From positions 207,154 through 239,153 of the forward strand of contig CAYHAA010000002.1 in the NCBI GenBank assembly GCA_964354495.1: DNA of 32,000 nt. The letters are read 5' to 3'. The notes beneath the pieces were generated by a model. That model searched no databases. It was not told the origin of the DNA and saw only the letters and a list, made by a program, of their open reading frames with translations. The position numbers and the translations under genes are program-made. Positions 1 to 9,564 of this stretch are shown one piece after another; position 1 is the first letter of the stretch; each line of letters opens with the position of its first letter. This stretch comes from an uncultured archaeon. GTDB lineage: Archaea > Asgardarchaeota > Thorarchaeia > Thorarchaeales > Thorarchaeaceae.

Positions 1-416
1 GTACAGGTGCTAAGAGCGAGAAGGAATCCAGGCGAGCAGTCCACAAGATTGTCAAGAACATCAAAGAGGCAGGCAAAGAAATAACGGGCCGACCTGCCAT
101 AACAGTTCAGAACATCGTCGCAAGTGCTAGCCTTGGAGCAGAACTGAACCTTGAGCTTGCCGCCATGAAGCTGGAGAATACGCTCTATGAGCCAGAGCAA
201 TTTCCTGGCCTAATCTATAGAATGCGAGACCCGACAGTTGTCATACTTCTCTTTGGTTCGGGCAAGCTTGTCATCACAGGTGCGAAGTTCGAGCCGCAAA
301 TCGACGAGGCTGCCTTAAAGGTAATGAATCGTCTTCTGGAACTTGGAGTCATGAGAGTCCCTGACGGGGAGGATTGGGGGCAAGGCAAGTCTGGAAACGA
401 GAACGAAGATTGGTGA
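1..416 (+). CDS. tbp: TATA-box binding protein, 5'-truncated by the window edge
   Basis: The frame is open from position 3 and reads TGAKSEKESRRAVHKIV...VQNIVASASLGAELNLE...YEPEQFPGLIYRMRDPTVVILLFGSGKLVITGAK, i.e. the end of TBP repeat 1 and all of repeat 2, then a short acidic tail. Confidence 0.97.
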   Translation, partial: TGAKSEKESRRAVHKIVKNIKEAGKEITGRPAITVQNIVASASLGAELNLELAAMKLENTLYEPEQFPGLIYRMRDPTVVILLFGSGKLVITGAKFEPQIDEAALKVMNRLLELGVMRVPDGEDWGQGKSGNENEDW

Positions 417-508
417 GTGCTCGGAAACGTCGTATGGTTCTCATAGCTGATTGGTCAAGCCAAGGACTCCATGCCCCGGGTCCAATGGTGTCGTTTCCAT
501 TTATCCGA

Positions 509-1738
509 CTAGAAGATGTCAGACATCTGCCATAGAGGTGGAATGCAGAGTACAAGGACGACCATGGCGAATACGAACAGCGCGATGCGACCTCTTGAGA
601 CCTTGACAGTATCATTCAAGGGGCCGGGATGCCCGCCACCCCCCGATATCATAAAGATGAGGATTGCCATCATGATGAATCCTGTCAGAAGGAGGAGGAT
701 GATGCCGGCCCATCCGATTCTCTTGTGCCAGGTCGAGTCCACGATTGCTCGGAGGGCATGACCTCCATCTAGCTGTGCAATTGGAAAGAGGTTCAGTGCA
801 GTCACGAGCATTCCGACCCAAGATGCAAAAGCGACTGGATGCAGATAGATTGTGCCACCTGCGGGGATGAAGTCGACAAAGAGGTATTCCATCAGTACGA
901 ATAGATAGGGGACTGCAAGTGAGTCAGATTGGTCAGGAAAGGTATGATCGATGGCTATGAGTTGTTCAGCTGTAACTGGTACGGACATGAAGAATCCGAC
1001 TACCAAGACAACCAGAGTCACAACGAATCCAGCAAGTGGCCCAGCAAGGCCAAGGTCAAGTAGGTCGGACCGTTTTTCCGTTGGGCTCTTCTGTGAGATG
1101 AAGGCGCCAAAAGTTCCGCCAATCTGCGGTAGACCCGGAATGAAATAGGGGAGAGATGACTCGATCCCCAGTCTCTGTGCCGTCTTGTAGTGTCCCATCT
1201 CATGCGTGAATATGATTCCCATGAGAGCAGCCATGAAGAGAATCGTCGTGAATGCGATGTCCCAGACGGTGTAGCCAGAAGGATAGAAGAGAGACAAGAA
1301 TACAGGGCTCGTTGCTTGAAGGAATCCTCCAATCGCGATGGTTGAGAGCGTGACGACAAACAGGGCATAGTTGATCTTATTGTTTCCTTTCGGAGCTCTC
1401 TGCTGGGGGACAAATCGAATGATGTATTCGCCCTCCTTCTCATTACGCCAACGAATGACTGGCCAGACCTTGAGTGGCTGAGTCAATCTCGAGATTTCTT
1501 TGAATGTGGCATCTTGCTCATTATTGCTAGGAATCTGACCACCGGCCCATTGAACAACAAAAGTTGGCATGCCGTGTTCCAGCACACTCATCTTGATCAC
1601 GAATTTTCGTGACAAGATTTCATTTAGGTCAGAGAACATTGGATAGGTAATGACGCTGTCAAGAGGTTCTTCGTCGAAGGACAATCGAATCGGGTCTCCA
1701 GGGTTTTCAGGACGCTTGGAAGCCTTCACTCCTAGCAT
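509..1738 (-). CDS. Site-2 protease family (M50) intramembrane zinc metalloprotease
   Basis: HEMGH zinc motif in a hydrophobic segment, the GPLAG motif, NLFPIAQLDGGH (NxxPxxxLDG) and multiple TM helices. The true start may be downstream (TTG 1684 or ATG 1639). Confidence 0.93.
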   Translation of the reverse strand: MLGVKASKRPENPGDPIRLSFDEEPLDSVITYPMFSDLNEILSRKFVIKMSVLEHGMPTFVVQWAGGQIPSNNEQDATFKEISRLTQPLKVWPVIRWRNEKEGEYIIRFVPQQRAPKGNNKINYALFVVTLSTIAIGGFLQATSPVFLSLFYPSGYTVWDIAFTTILFMAALMGIIFTHEMGHYKTAQRLGIESSLPYFIPGLPQIGGTFGAFISQKSPTEKRSDLLDLGLAGPLAGFVVTLVVLVVGFFMSVPVTAEQLIAIDHTFPDQSDSLAVPYLFVLMEYLFVDFIPAGGTIYLHPVAFASWVGMLVTALNLFPIAQLDGGHALRAIVDSTWHKRIGWAGIILLLLTGFIMMAILIFMISGGGGHPGPLNDTVKVSRGRIALFVFAMVVLVLCIPPLWQMSDIF

Positions 1739-1782
1739 TATAAGAATATCCGCTCAGGCAGTTCCGGTCGAGGCGTCCAGGC

Positions 1783-3699
1783 TCATAGCTCAAACTTGCT
1801 CGTGAAATCGAAGGTGTTATGAATGACTTCGAGCAGCTTCATAGATTTAATCATGGAACCAACGGTTTCAACTCGAATGCCTTTCTTCCTGAGCTGCACG
1901 GAGAGACGGTCCTTAGGTTGTGGTCTTGTTGCTACGACCACGGTTTTTGCCTTGACATGGCTGTATTTGCCATCTTGAAGCACTGTAATATATTTGGACT
2001 CAATCTCAACGACATGTGCATTGACATTCAGTTCGACGCCTCTCTCTTTGAGCTGCTGAAGGATAACCCATCTTGAGGTTCTCCCGAGATCGACTCCAAT
2101 CTTCTCATCAGCATCAAACACCTTGACACTTTCCGCCTTCGATGCAAGTGCCAAGGCAGTGTAACACCCGAGAGCTTGTCCCCCAATCACGACGACAACT
2201 CCAAGGTCGTTTGGTTCAAATGACAGTACATCATATGCAGTTGTCACATGCGAACTTTCAACACCGTCAATGGCAGGGGCACCTGCCACCGTCCCTGTCG
2301 CACATATCACGCAATCAAAATTGCCTTCGAATAGGAGCTTTGAATTTGCGAGTGTGTTGAGCTTAATCTCAACGCCCAGAGTTCTAAGCTCTCGTGCCAT
2401 ATAACTGACATACGCTGCAAACTCGCCACGACCAGGAATCTTGGAGGCAAGATTCAGAAGACCACCGAGCTTGTTGTGTTCCTCAAACAGGTCAACTCTG
2501 AATCCACGAAGTGCCAAAACTCGGGAAGCCTCCATGCCTGCAGGGCCGCCACCTACTACTGCTATACGACCTGACCCCTTGGGACCTAAGCACTTCTCAT
2601 TCTCAAAACCAGCAAGAGGATTGATTGCACACGTGACAGGCTCGATCATGAAGACTCGGTCTAGGCATCCCTGATTACATCCAATGCAGGGTCGTATGAA
2701 TTTCTGCTGTCCTGTGCGGGCCTTAGTCGGAAGCTCTGGATCAGCAATGAATCCTCGTGACATTCCTATAAGCTGAACCTTTCCTCTAGACAGGATATGC
2801 TCAGCAATGGTAACGCTGTTAATCCGATTGCATGCAACGACCGGTGCCGGAACCACATCAGCTATGCCTTCAGCGAGGTAGACAAAGTGACCCCGGGGTA
2901 CATTCATGGTGATTTGAGGAACCCTTGTTTCATGCCATCCACCTGTCACATTCATGCAGTCAACTCCAGCCTTACAGAGTAAGGGTGCGACTATCTTGTT
3001 ATCCTCGAGAGTGAGGCCATCCGGTACGAAATCTTGTCCACTCATCCTGTAGAGAATCGGGAAATCACGGCCAACCGACTTGCGGATACACTTGACAATC
3101 TCAAGTGCAAACTTTGCGCGAGCCTTCAAGTCCCCGCCATATTCATCCTCACGTAGGTTCGTTGCCTTGGCCAGAAACTGATTGATAATGTAACCAGCTG
3201 AGCCTATAACCTCAACAGCATCGAACCCGGCCTGCTTAGCACGATAGGCGGCTTTCCCGAAGTTTGCCACGGTCTCGTGAATCTCATCACTTGACAGTGG
3301 CCGAGCAGTCTCGCGGGTCAGTCTGCATTTGGTCGCTGACGATGAAACAGCCTGTTCACCTATAATGAATGAGTGGACATAGCGACCTGCATGGTACAGC
3401 TGAGCAGCCACAGGAACGTCGTATGAATGGATAGCCTTCGAGAGCTTCTGTAGACCCTCAATGTGGTCATCTCGCGAGATTCCTATCATTGTTGGACTGC
3501 TCATCCCTAGATGCTCCGTGTAGCAGCCTCCAACAATGATCAATCCAGGTCCATGCTTTGCACGAGCGCTGTAGAAGTCGACGAGCCTGTCTGTCACGAC
3601 TCCATCCTCATCGCAATAGCCAAGATGTGTGGCGAGCAGAATTAGTCTGTTCTTGAGTTCCATACCCCGAATGGAAATGGGCTCCCACAACTTCATCAT
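1783..3699 (-). CDS. NADH:flavin oxidoreductase (OYE family; 2,4-dienoyl-CoA reductase/FadH-like architecture)
   Basis: N-terminal FMN TIM barrel (LKNRLIL, AQLYHAGR, AGFDAVEV, NLREDEYGG), 4Fe-4S motif CIGCNQGC...C, and a C-terminal FAD/NAD domain (VVGGGPAGMEA, ATG). Confidence 0.92.
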   Translation of the reverse strand: MMKLWEPISIRGMELKNRLILLATHLGYCDEDGVVTDRLVDFYSARAKHGPGLIIVGGCYTEHLGMSSPTMIGISRDDHIEGLQKLSKAIHSYDVPVAAQLYHAGRYVHSFIIGEQAVSSSATKCRLTRETARPLSSDEIHETVANFGKAAYRAKQAGFDAVEVIGSAGYIINQFLAKATNLREDEYGGDLKARAKFALEIVKCIRKSVGRDFPILYRMSGQDFVPDGLTLEDNKIVAPLLCKAGVDCMNVTGGWHETRVPQITMNVPRGHFVYLAEGIADVVPAPVVACNRINSVTIAEHILSRGKVQLIGMSRGFIADPELPTKARTGQQKFIRPCIGCNQGCLDRVFMIEPVTCAINPLAGFENEKCLGPKGSGRIAVVGGGPAGMEASRVLALRGFRVDLFEEHNKLGGLLNLASKIPGRGEFAAYVSYMARELRTLGVEIKLNTLANSKLLFEGNFDCVICATGTVAGAPAIDGVESSHVTTAYDVLSFEPNDLGVVVVIGGQALGCYTALALASKAESVKVFDADEKIGVDLGRTSRWVILQQLKERGVELNVNAHVVEIESKYITVLQDGKYSHVKAKTVVVATRPQPKDRLSVQLRKKGIRVETVGSMIKSMKLLEVIHNTFDFTSKFEL

Positions 3700-3874
3700 G
3701 CGTTCACCTCATCCGTGGAACGAAAACCTGCACCCAGGAAACTCTCTCTATGCAACTCCTGAATCTTCCTTCTTTGATTTCGAATCAATTCCATTTGAAG
3801 GCTCGTTGAAAGTCACAGCGAAAGCCAATAGTATCATTCAGATATACTTGTCCACTACTTAGCCATAGAGAAGA

Positions 3875-4564
3875 CTACGCTGTCAGCGTTCGTAAGATTC
3901 CCTCTAGTGCTCCCTCTGGACCTTTGAAGACTCGTACACGAAATTCGACACCCTTTCTCCTGGCGATGCCTCGGCAGGCATCGATGTTCACGCCAGGGAC
4001 GTCAACGACAGAGAATTCAACTCTCATCAGAGGTTTGCACCTTTCAGCGAACTCCAGAATAGAATCATAAGCAGCTCGGCCAAACTTTGGCTGACACAAT
4101 CTCAGATAGGTGTCAGAATCAGGCGCGTTGAGAGAGATCTGTATCCTATCCAGACCTGCATCTGCCAATTCATGAGGAACGTCACGAGAGGGATAGAGAA
4201 GAAGCGCCTGTCCGTTTGTGTTCATCCTGATGGGTCTGCGACTCAACTCTCTCATCTTCCGGATTGCAGCAATAGTCCCATCCAGATTGAGCAGTGGCTC
4301 TCCAAAACCCACTATGGCAATGTCAGTGAATTTTGACTTCCAGGTCTCCTCAATTTCCTTCACAATTTCTTCAATGGTTGGATCTTCGTCAAGGACCAGA
4401 TCAAAACCAAAGACGCCCTCACCAAAATGACGAACACAGAACAGGCAATCATTGATGCACCGAGAGGTGGGATTTATGTAGAAGCTGTTGCCGCGCCAAT
4501 ATGTCAAGTTGCCTCTAGCCATTGAGATAACACGTCTCTCTATGAATGAATACTCGCGCTTCAC
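3875..4564 (-). CDS. Radical SAM protein, TatD-associated type
   Basis: YINPTSRCINDCLFCVR (CxxxCxxC), GFGEPLL, RMNTNG and ISLNAPD. The likely start is ATG 4522. Confidence 0.85.
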   Translation of the reverse strand: MKREYSFIERRVISMARGNLTYWRGNSFYINPTSRCINDCLFCVRHFGEGVFGFDLVLDEDPTIEEIVKEIEETWKSKFTDIAIVGFGEPLLNLDGTIAAIRKMRELSRRPIRMNTNGQALLLYPSRDVPHELADAGLDRIQISLNAPDSDTYLRLCQPKFGRAAYDSILEFAERCKPLMRVEFSVVDVPGVNIDACRGIARRKGVEFRVRVFKGPEGALEGILRTLTA

Positions 4565-4615
4565 TCATCACTACATTGTCAATTAGCCATTTAATGCTCT
4601 CGAAATCATCGAGGT

Positions 4616-6325
4616 TCATTTCTTCTCTGAATCGCGCCCCCTCAAGAACAACACCAGTCCAATCAGAAGTGGTACGAGGGCCATAATCACAGCAATCGCA
4701 ATGACTGTGATAGTGAATGCGAAAGCCTGTATCATGGTAAGAATGGCTGTCGCCCACGTCATTAGAAGTGCAACCACCAGACCATAACGTATCACCTCGC
4801 CCTCGATGCCAATCTTATCAATGACTGCTGCAGCATTCTGTATCTTTGCGGGACTCAACACACTCGCGAGCCCGCCCCCAATCCCATTTGATGCAGAAAC
4901 CACCAGGGCATTTGCTCCTATCATTCCGCTTGTCTCAATGTGATATTTCGTGAACATGGCAATAGCAGAGGTTTCAGAACCCGAGATGAATCCGGCCAAG
5001 AGACCTAGGAATGGTGCCAATGCGGGATAAAGTAGTCCCAGACCAGCTGTCATTGACGCTAGAAGGAATATCATGTTATTAGATGGATCGAGTCCGTTAG
5101 CAAGGTCAGTTGGGTTAAGCCAGTCTCCTGTCGTATCGACAACCCATCCGCTGAAATTCATGACCTCAGCCATTGCAAAGAAGATTGCGGCTGCGACGAC
5201 AGGGCGAGGAGCTCGCTTCTTCAAGCCTAAGAATGTGCGTCTCAAGACATCGCGGTCAGCCCTGAAAGCTGGCACTGAGACAATAGTGGCAATTAGCATG
5301 AGCGTGTATGCTTGCCACAGGACTCTTGTAGGAATGAGAACAGGATATTCTCCAATGCTGACTGGGAAGGCAAGATCGACAAAGAGGGACTTGAAAACTT
5401 GAGGAATCATGTTCGTAACAAGACTCAGAATAACAAGAACAAGCCATGGAATGCTCGCACGTGTGAGACTCATGCCCGACTCAGTCTTAATGTCCTTGTC
5501 ATCCAAACTGTCTCTGTTGATCAATGGCACGCCTCGAATTCTGTTGTAGATGACCAGAATCAGCAGGACTGCTGCGCCCGCGAAGACATTCGTCAAGGTA
5601 GTCAATGGCAATAGGAAGTTACAGACAATAGCCATGAGTCCGGCAGTCAGGCCGCAAATACAAGCTAGAAGGAGACCGTCCCTACTGAGCAGGAGCTTGC
5701 GTCCACCTGCAATCCAGAGCATGGAAATTGCTATTCCCAGACTCACAACTGGCATGAACCATGCAAAGACTGTGCCTGCCTCCTGAAGCGATATTGTCGT
5801 GCCCCAAGCAGAGTACTCCCCGGTAAACACAACAGCTGGTACTCCAAGAAGTGAATACGTGGTCAGAGGATCGTATCCTATACAGGGGAGGGCTACGGCC
5901 ACCATAGGAGAGAATCCAAGTGCAAGCATGACTGGTGGTAGCATTGATACGGGTGTTGCACCGATTCCAACGAGGAATAGCCCAAGGCCAAAACTGATCA
6001 TTAAAATCTGCATTGGCCGGCTTCCTCCTCCGAGCGTTTTGAAGAAGACTATCAATCTCTGCAGTGCACCGGTCTCTTGCATGAATGTCATCATCAGGAT
6101 TGACGTAGCCACCATTAGGGATATCGGGAACGACTTGATGATGCCGGCTATGCTAGCTGTAAGAGCTACAGTGATGTCCGTCTGAAAAGCAACAATCGCT
6201 ATCACAATTGTCACGAACCAAACAATAATGCCTGTGATGTCCGCGGCTTTGTGTAGGAAGACCAGAAGTGCGAATGCCAAGGCAATAGGCAGGATGATCA
6301 GAACTAGACCCAAGATAGGATCCAT
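4616..6325 (-). CDS. lctP: L-lactate permease family transporter
   Basis: Highly hydrophobic 569 aa with the family-type motifs ISGSETSAIAMF and SPAKIQNAAA. The substrate is not proven. Confidence 0.85.
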   Translation of the reverse strand: MDPILGLVLIILPIALAFALLVFLHKAADITGIIVWFVTIVIAIVAFQTDITVALTASIAGIIKSFPISLMVATSILMMTFMQETGALQRLIVFFKTLGGGSRPMQILMISFGLGLFLVGIGATPVSMLPPVMLALGFSPMVAVALPCIGYDPLTTYSLLGVPAVVFTGEYSAWGTTISLQEAGTVFAWFMPVVSLGIAISMLWIAGGRKLLLSRDGLLLACICGLTAGLMAIVCNFLLPLTTLTNVFAGAAVLLILVIYNRIRGVPLINRDSLDDKDIKTESGMSLTRASIPWLVLVILSLVTNMIPQVFKSLFVDLAFPVSIGEYPVLIPTRVLWQAYTLMLIATIVSVPAFRADRDVLRRTFLGLKKRAPRPVVAAAIFFAMAEVMNFSGWVVDTTGDWLNPTDLANGLDPSNNMIFLLASMTAGLGLLYPALAPFLGLLAGFISGSETSAIAMFTKYHIETSGMIGANALVVSASNGIGGGLASVLSPAKIQNAAAVIDKIGIEGEVIRYGLVVALLMTWATAILTMIQAFAFTITVIAIAVIMALVPLLIGLVLFLRGRDSEKK

Positions 6326-6328
6326 GGC

Positions 6329-7333
6329 TCACGCCCTCTTCTCCAAGTAGCCATTCGCAAAATACCAGTCAATTGCTCTCCGGAAACCTTCCGCCATTGT
6401 AACTCTCGGCGCCCAACCCAGAAGTCGCTTTGCCTTCTCATTCGTGTACTCCCTCTCAGAACCCATCATATCCACAGACTTTGGATGCCAAAAGAATGTC
6501 ATTTTCTTACGGTTCTTTATAGGGCTTAGCAGAGCCATCCCGAACTTTGCAACGATTCCAGGAACACGGAGTCGAGGTGGTTTGACTCCAAGGTGTGTGG
6601 TCGCTACCTCGACAAACTCCTGCCAACTCATTGATTCATCAGGACAGAGAATGATTGTCTGGTTCAGAGCAGACTTCGGCGTAAGAGCGGATATGAATCC
6701 TGAAACAACATCATCGATATGTGTGTACATAAAACGAGCGCTCAGGTTGCGCGGGAGAGCAAAGACCTTACCTTGGCATAGCTGTTGCATCACCTCATAC
6801 ATCACGTAGAGGTCACCCTCGCCCATGACTCCAGTTGGTCGAAGGATAATGTGGGCCAAACCGGTGGAAGAGGTAATTTCGCGTATCGCACTTTCAGCCA
6901 TGATCTTGCTTTCTCCATAGATGTACTCCGGTTTGAGTTCGGTGTCTTCGGTGGCCGGAGGAAATCTGATTGCGCCCATAGTTTCTGTCGTGGAGCAATA
7001 TATGAATCGCTCAACGCGCGTGCCTACGCATGCATTCATCAGGTTCCTAGTACCCTCAATATTCACCTTGAACATCAATTTCTCATCGCTTGGATAGAAG
7101 TCGAAATATGCAGCAAGATGAACAACAACATCAATATCCTGAACTACTGGTTTGAGACTGCTGATGTCAAGGATCTCTGCTTCTCTGACCTGGACCTCTT
7201 TGGGGAGGTCTTCAGTATTGCTTGTCTTGCGAACGAGAGCGACAACCTCATGTCCTTCCTGCAGGATTCTTGGAACAAGATTCCTCCCAAGAAACCCGGT
7301 AGCTCCTGTGACTAGGACCTTCACCCGAAACAA
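6329..7333 (-). CDS. NAD-dependent epimerase/dehydratase (extended SDR)
   Basis: VLVTGATGFLG Rossmann motif, VVHLAA, NIEGTRNL, catalytic YGESK (YxxxK) and LRP. The likely start is GTG 7324. Confidence 0.92.
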   Translation of the reverse strand: MFRVKVLVTGATGFLGRNLVPRILQEGHEVVALVRKTSNTEDLPKEVQVREAEILDISSLKPVVQDIDVVVHLAAYFDFYPSDEKLMFKVNIEGTRNLMNACVGTRVERFIYCSTTETMGAIRFPPATEDTELKPEYIYGESKIMAESAIREITSSTGLAHIILRPTGVMGEGDLYVMYEVMQQLCQGKVFALPRNLSARFMYTHIDDVVSGFISALTPKSALNQTIILCPDESMSWQEFVEVATTHLGVKPPRLRVPGIVAKFGMALLSPIKNRKKMTFFWHPKSVDMMGSEREYTNEKAKRLLGWAPRVTMAEGFRRAIDWYFANGYLEKRA

Positions 7334-7426
7334 CCTCGCAAGCTAACGACAATAGGTCCCATTTATCTATTCCCTCTTGTTGACTGCTAAGTCTAATATG
7401 CCCTCGTGAGCATTATTCGGTGATAC

Positions 7427-8842
7427 GTGGGCACAGTGGATGAGTGGAGCGACAGTATCATGGCCGAACAACGTGAGCTTACACCAACAGAAGACTCTGC
7501 GGAAGGATGGTTCAAGCTAGCCTGTCAACACGCATCTGAAGGTCGATTGCCTGATGCAGAAAGGGCTATGATTATCGCTCTTGAGAAGCCTGAACAATCT
7601 CCAAGAGCTTGGGCGATTCTTGCGGCAATACTCCTGGCGCAGAGCAAGGAGGCTGATGCGGAAAAAGCTGGCAAGAAGGCAATCGCCCACTTATCAGAGC
7701 TCAAGATGACCTGGCCTAAACTGAGAAGCACCATTCTTTCAGGAGCAATCAGGAGGGGGGGAGACGTGAAGAGCACCAAGAAAGTCCTTCTTGATTCAGA
7801 TGCTACCTCGACATGGAAAGAGGTTCTTGACAAACTGGGAATGGCATCACCGGGTGAAACCAGAGAACCTCTATCACCAGAGATAGCAGCATCAGAAGAG
7901 AAGCCTGGTGAATTCAAACGTGAAATGGCAGAACGTTCTGTCATGACGCCTCTCAAGAAGAAAGAGGCCTTGCCAACGTTCTCAGAGAAAAGTGTTGAGG
8001 GATTAACAAAGCTCGAAGTTGAAAGACTAGAAGCGCATATCGATAAAGGCAAGGACGCCGAGGAAAATGCACCGGAAGCGACGAAACAGACTCTGCCAAT
8101 CTATCCCTCCAAGGACAGAGCTGAAGAGAAAAAGAAGCAAGAACAACAGAAAACTCCCGCAGAACAAGAGCCAAAGAGCCCTGCTACGATCAGAGCTTCC
8201 CAGGAATCTGCTTCATCATGGTTTGGCATCGCAGAAGCTCAACTAAAGAAAGGCGACTATGCTGAGGCGGAGAAGGCATACACAAGCGGACTGGCGTTGG
8301 AGCCCGAGAACTCAGAAGCGTGGACTCGTCTTGGCAGTCTCCTAATGAAGAGGGGAGACTATAAGGATGCAGAAGATGCCCTCACTGTGGCGACAAAGCA
8401 CTCTGACAAGAATGCCAATGCTTGGTACCTCCTGGGCGTCTGTCTGCAAGAACAAAACAAGTGGAGAGAATCATTCCATGCGCTCAAGACAGCAAGCGAT
8501 ATCGACCAAAACAGAGCAGACATCTGGTTCAAACTTGGACTAGCAAAGTTCAACATCGGTGAGTACCAAGATGCCGCACGTAGCTTCCTTCAAGCCCTCA
8601 GGATATCTCCGAATCAAACAGATGCCATGTTCTATCTTGCCATCTGCATGGAACGAGAAGGCAATCGACAGCATGCTCTGAGTCTATACATCAAGCTCTT
8701 GAATATGAGCGGGCTCTCTTCTAATATGCTGGAGAGGATGGCAGGTTCATTCGATAGGCTAAACAGACCTCAAGAGGCGAGAGAGGCTCGAAGGAAGGCT
8801 GCCTTGACAAGAAACACGGGATTCTGGGCTTCGCCTCAATAG
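7427..8842 (+). CDS. Tetratricopeptide-repeat protein with a central low-complexity linker
   Basis: N-terminal TPR-like helices (AEGWFKLA..., RAWAILA...), a K/E/P-rich linker and about six C-terminal TPRs (SWFGIA, EAWTRLG, NAWYLLG, DIWFKLG, DAMFYLA). The likely start is ATG 7460. Confidence 0.88.
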   Translation: MGTVDEWSDSIMAEQRELTPTEDSAEGWFKLACQHASEGRLPDAERAMIIALEKPEQSPRAWAILAAILLAQSKEADAEKAGKKAIAHLSELKMTWPKLRSTILSGAIRRGGDVKSTKKVLLDSDATSTWKEVLDKLGMASPGETREPLSPEIAASEEKPGEFKREMAERSVMTPLKKKEALPTFSEKSVEGLTKLEVERLEAHIDKGKDAEENAPEATKQTLPIYPSKDRAEEKKKQEQQKTPAEQEPKSPATIRASQESASSWFGIAEAQLKKGDYAEAEKAYTSGLALEPENSEAWTRLGSLLMKRGDYKDAEDALTVATKHSDKNANAWYLLGVCLQEQNKWRESFHALKTASDIDQNRADIWFKLGLAKFNIGEYQDAARSFLQALRISPNQTDAMFYLAICMEREGNRQHALSLYIKLLNMSGLSSNMLERMAGSFDRLNRPQEAREARRKAALTRNTGFWASPQ

Positions 8843-8975
8843 AAAAGATAGCGCACCTGAGGGCAACAGCGTCATGCATAGTTAATGTCAAATCATAGCT
8901 TCAAGACATTCACGTTAGCGCTCAATGCTGCAAAGTCCTCGCCGTCAATCTTATTAGGCGCAACCTCCAAGTTTG

Positions 8976-8991
8976 ATTCACTATTGTGAAT
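8976..8991. promoter_or_regulatory. Palindrome ATTCAC-TATT-GTGAAT, candidate operator
   Basis: Perfect 6-bp inverted repeat with a 4-nt spacer, about 20 bp upstream of an HTH regulator start. Function is inferred only. Confidence 0.3.
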
Positions 8992-9008
8992 GATGCTAAC
9001 GAGGGTAA

Positions 9009-9503
9009 GTGATGTCACAAGCAGAAAAGAAGATGGACAAGCAGATTAAGCGACGGACATGGATGATGCCACAGGAAGTGGAAGTCTGGTACGTTCTGCC
9101 TGCAATCAGACGCGAGTTCGCAAAGGCCATGAAGAAGAAGGAAGTTCCATGGAAAGGAGAGGACGGGAAAGTCAAACAGCACAAGGTCACTCAGAAAGAG
9201 ATAGCAAAGATGCTTGGAGTGACAGAGCCTGCAATAACTCAATACCTCCTGAAAAAGAAAGGCCTGAGATCCCGAGGGGACCAAGTGGATATTCCTGAAA
9301 GATTCCTTTCAGAAATTGATGTGTCAGCGGACACCATGATTGCTGCCTTTGAAAAAGCGAAGAATGATGATGATGTGTATGAGGTTATGACGAGAGAGGT
9401 CAATAGAATAATCAGGACCATGAGAGATGATGGTGCCATGTGTGACATCCACAGACGATTCTCTGTCCATGTAAAAGGCGATTGCTGCGCTTGTGATAGA
9501 TAG
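9009..9503 (+). CDS. Archaeal HTH transcriptional regulator with a C-terminal Cys/His metal-binding motif
   Basis: MPQEVEVWYVLPAIRREFAK, then the HTH TQKEIAKMLGVTEPAITQYL, and C-terminal CDIH...CCAC. This resembles the COG2522-type family. The likely start is ATG 9012. Confidence 0.8.
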   Translation: MMSQAEKKMDKQIKRRTWMMPQEVEVWYVLPAIRREFAKAMKKKEVPWKGEDGKVKQHKVTQKEIAKMLGVTEPAITQYLLKKKGLRSRGDQVDIPERFLSEIDVSADTMIAAFEKAKNDDDVYEVMTREVNRIIRTMRDDGAMCDIHRRFSVHVKGDCCACDR

Positions 9504-9564
9504 TGAAGCACGCAAAGATTTAACTCACTGAATTGAACGATGCGTTACTGTAGGGTGCGTGTAA

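Noticed and set aside
3774-3788. Palindrome TTGATT-TCG-AATCAA upstream of the flavin oxidoreductase
   Set aside because: Only 6 bp per arm in AT-rich DNA with no second copy noticed; too weak to call.
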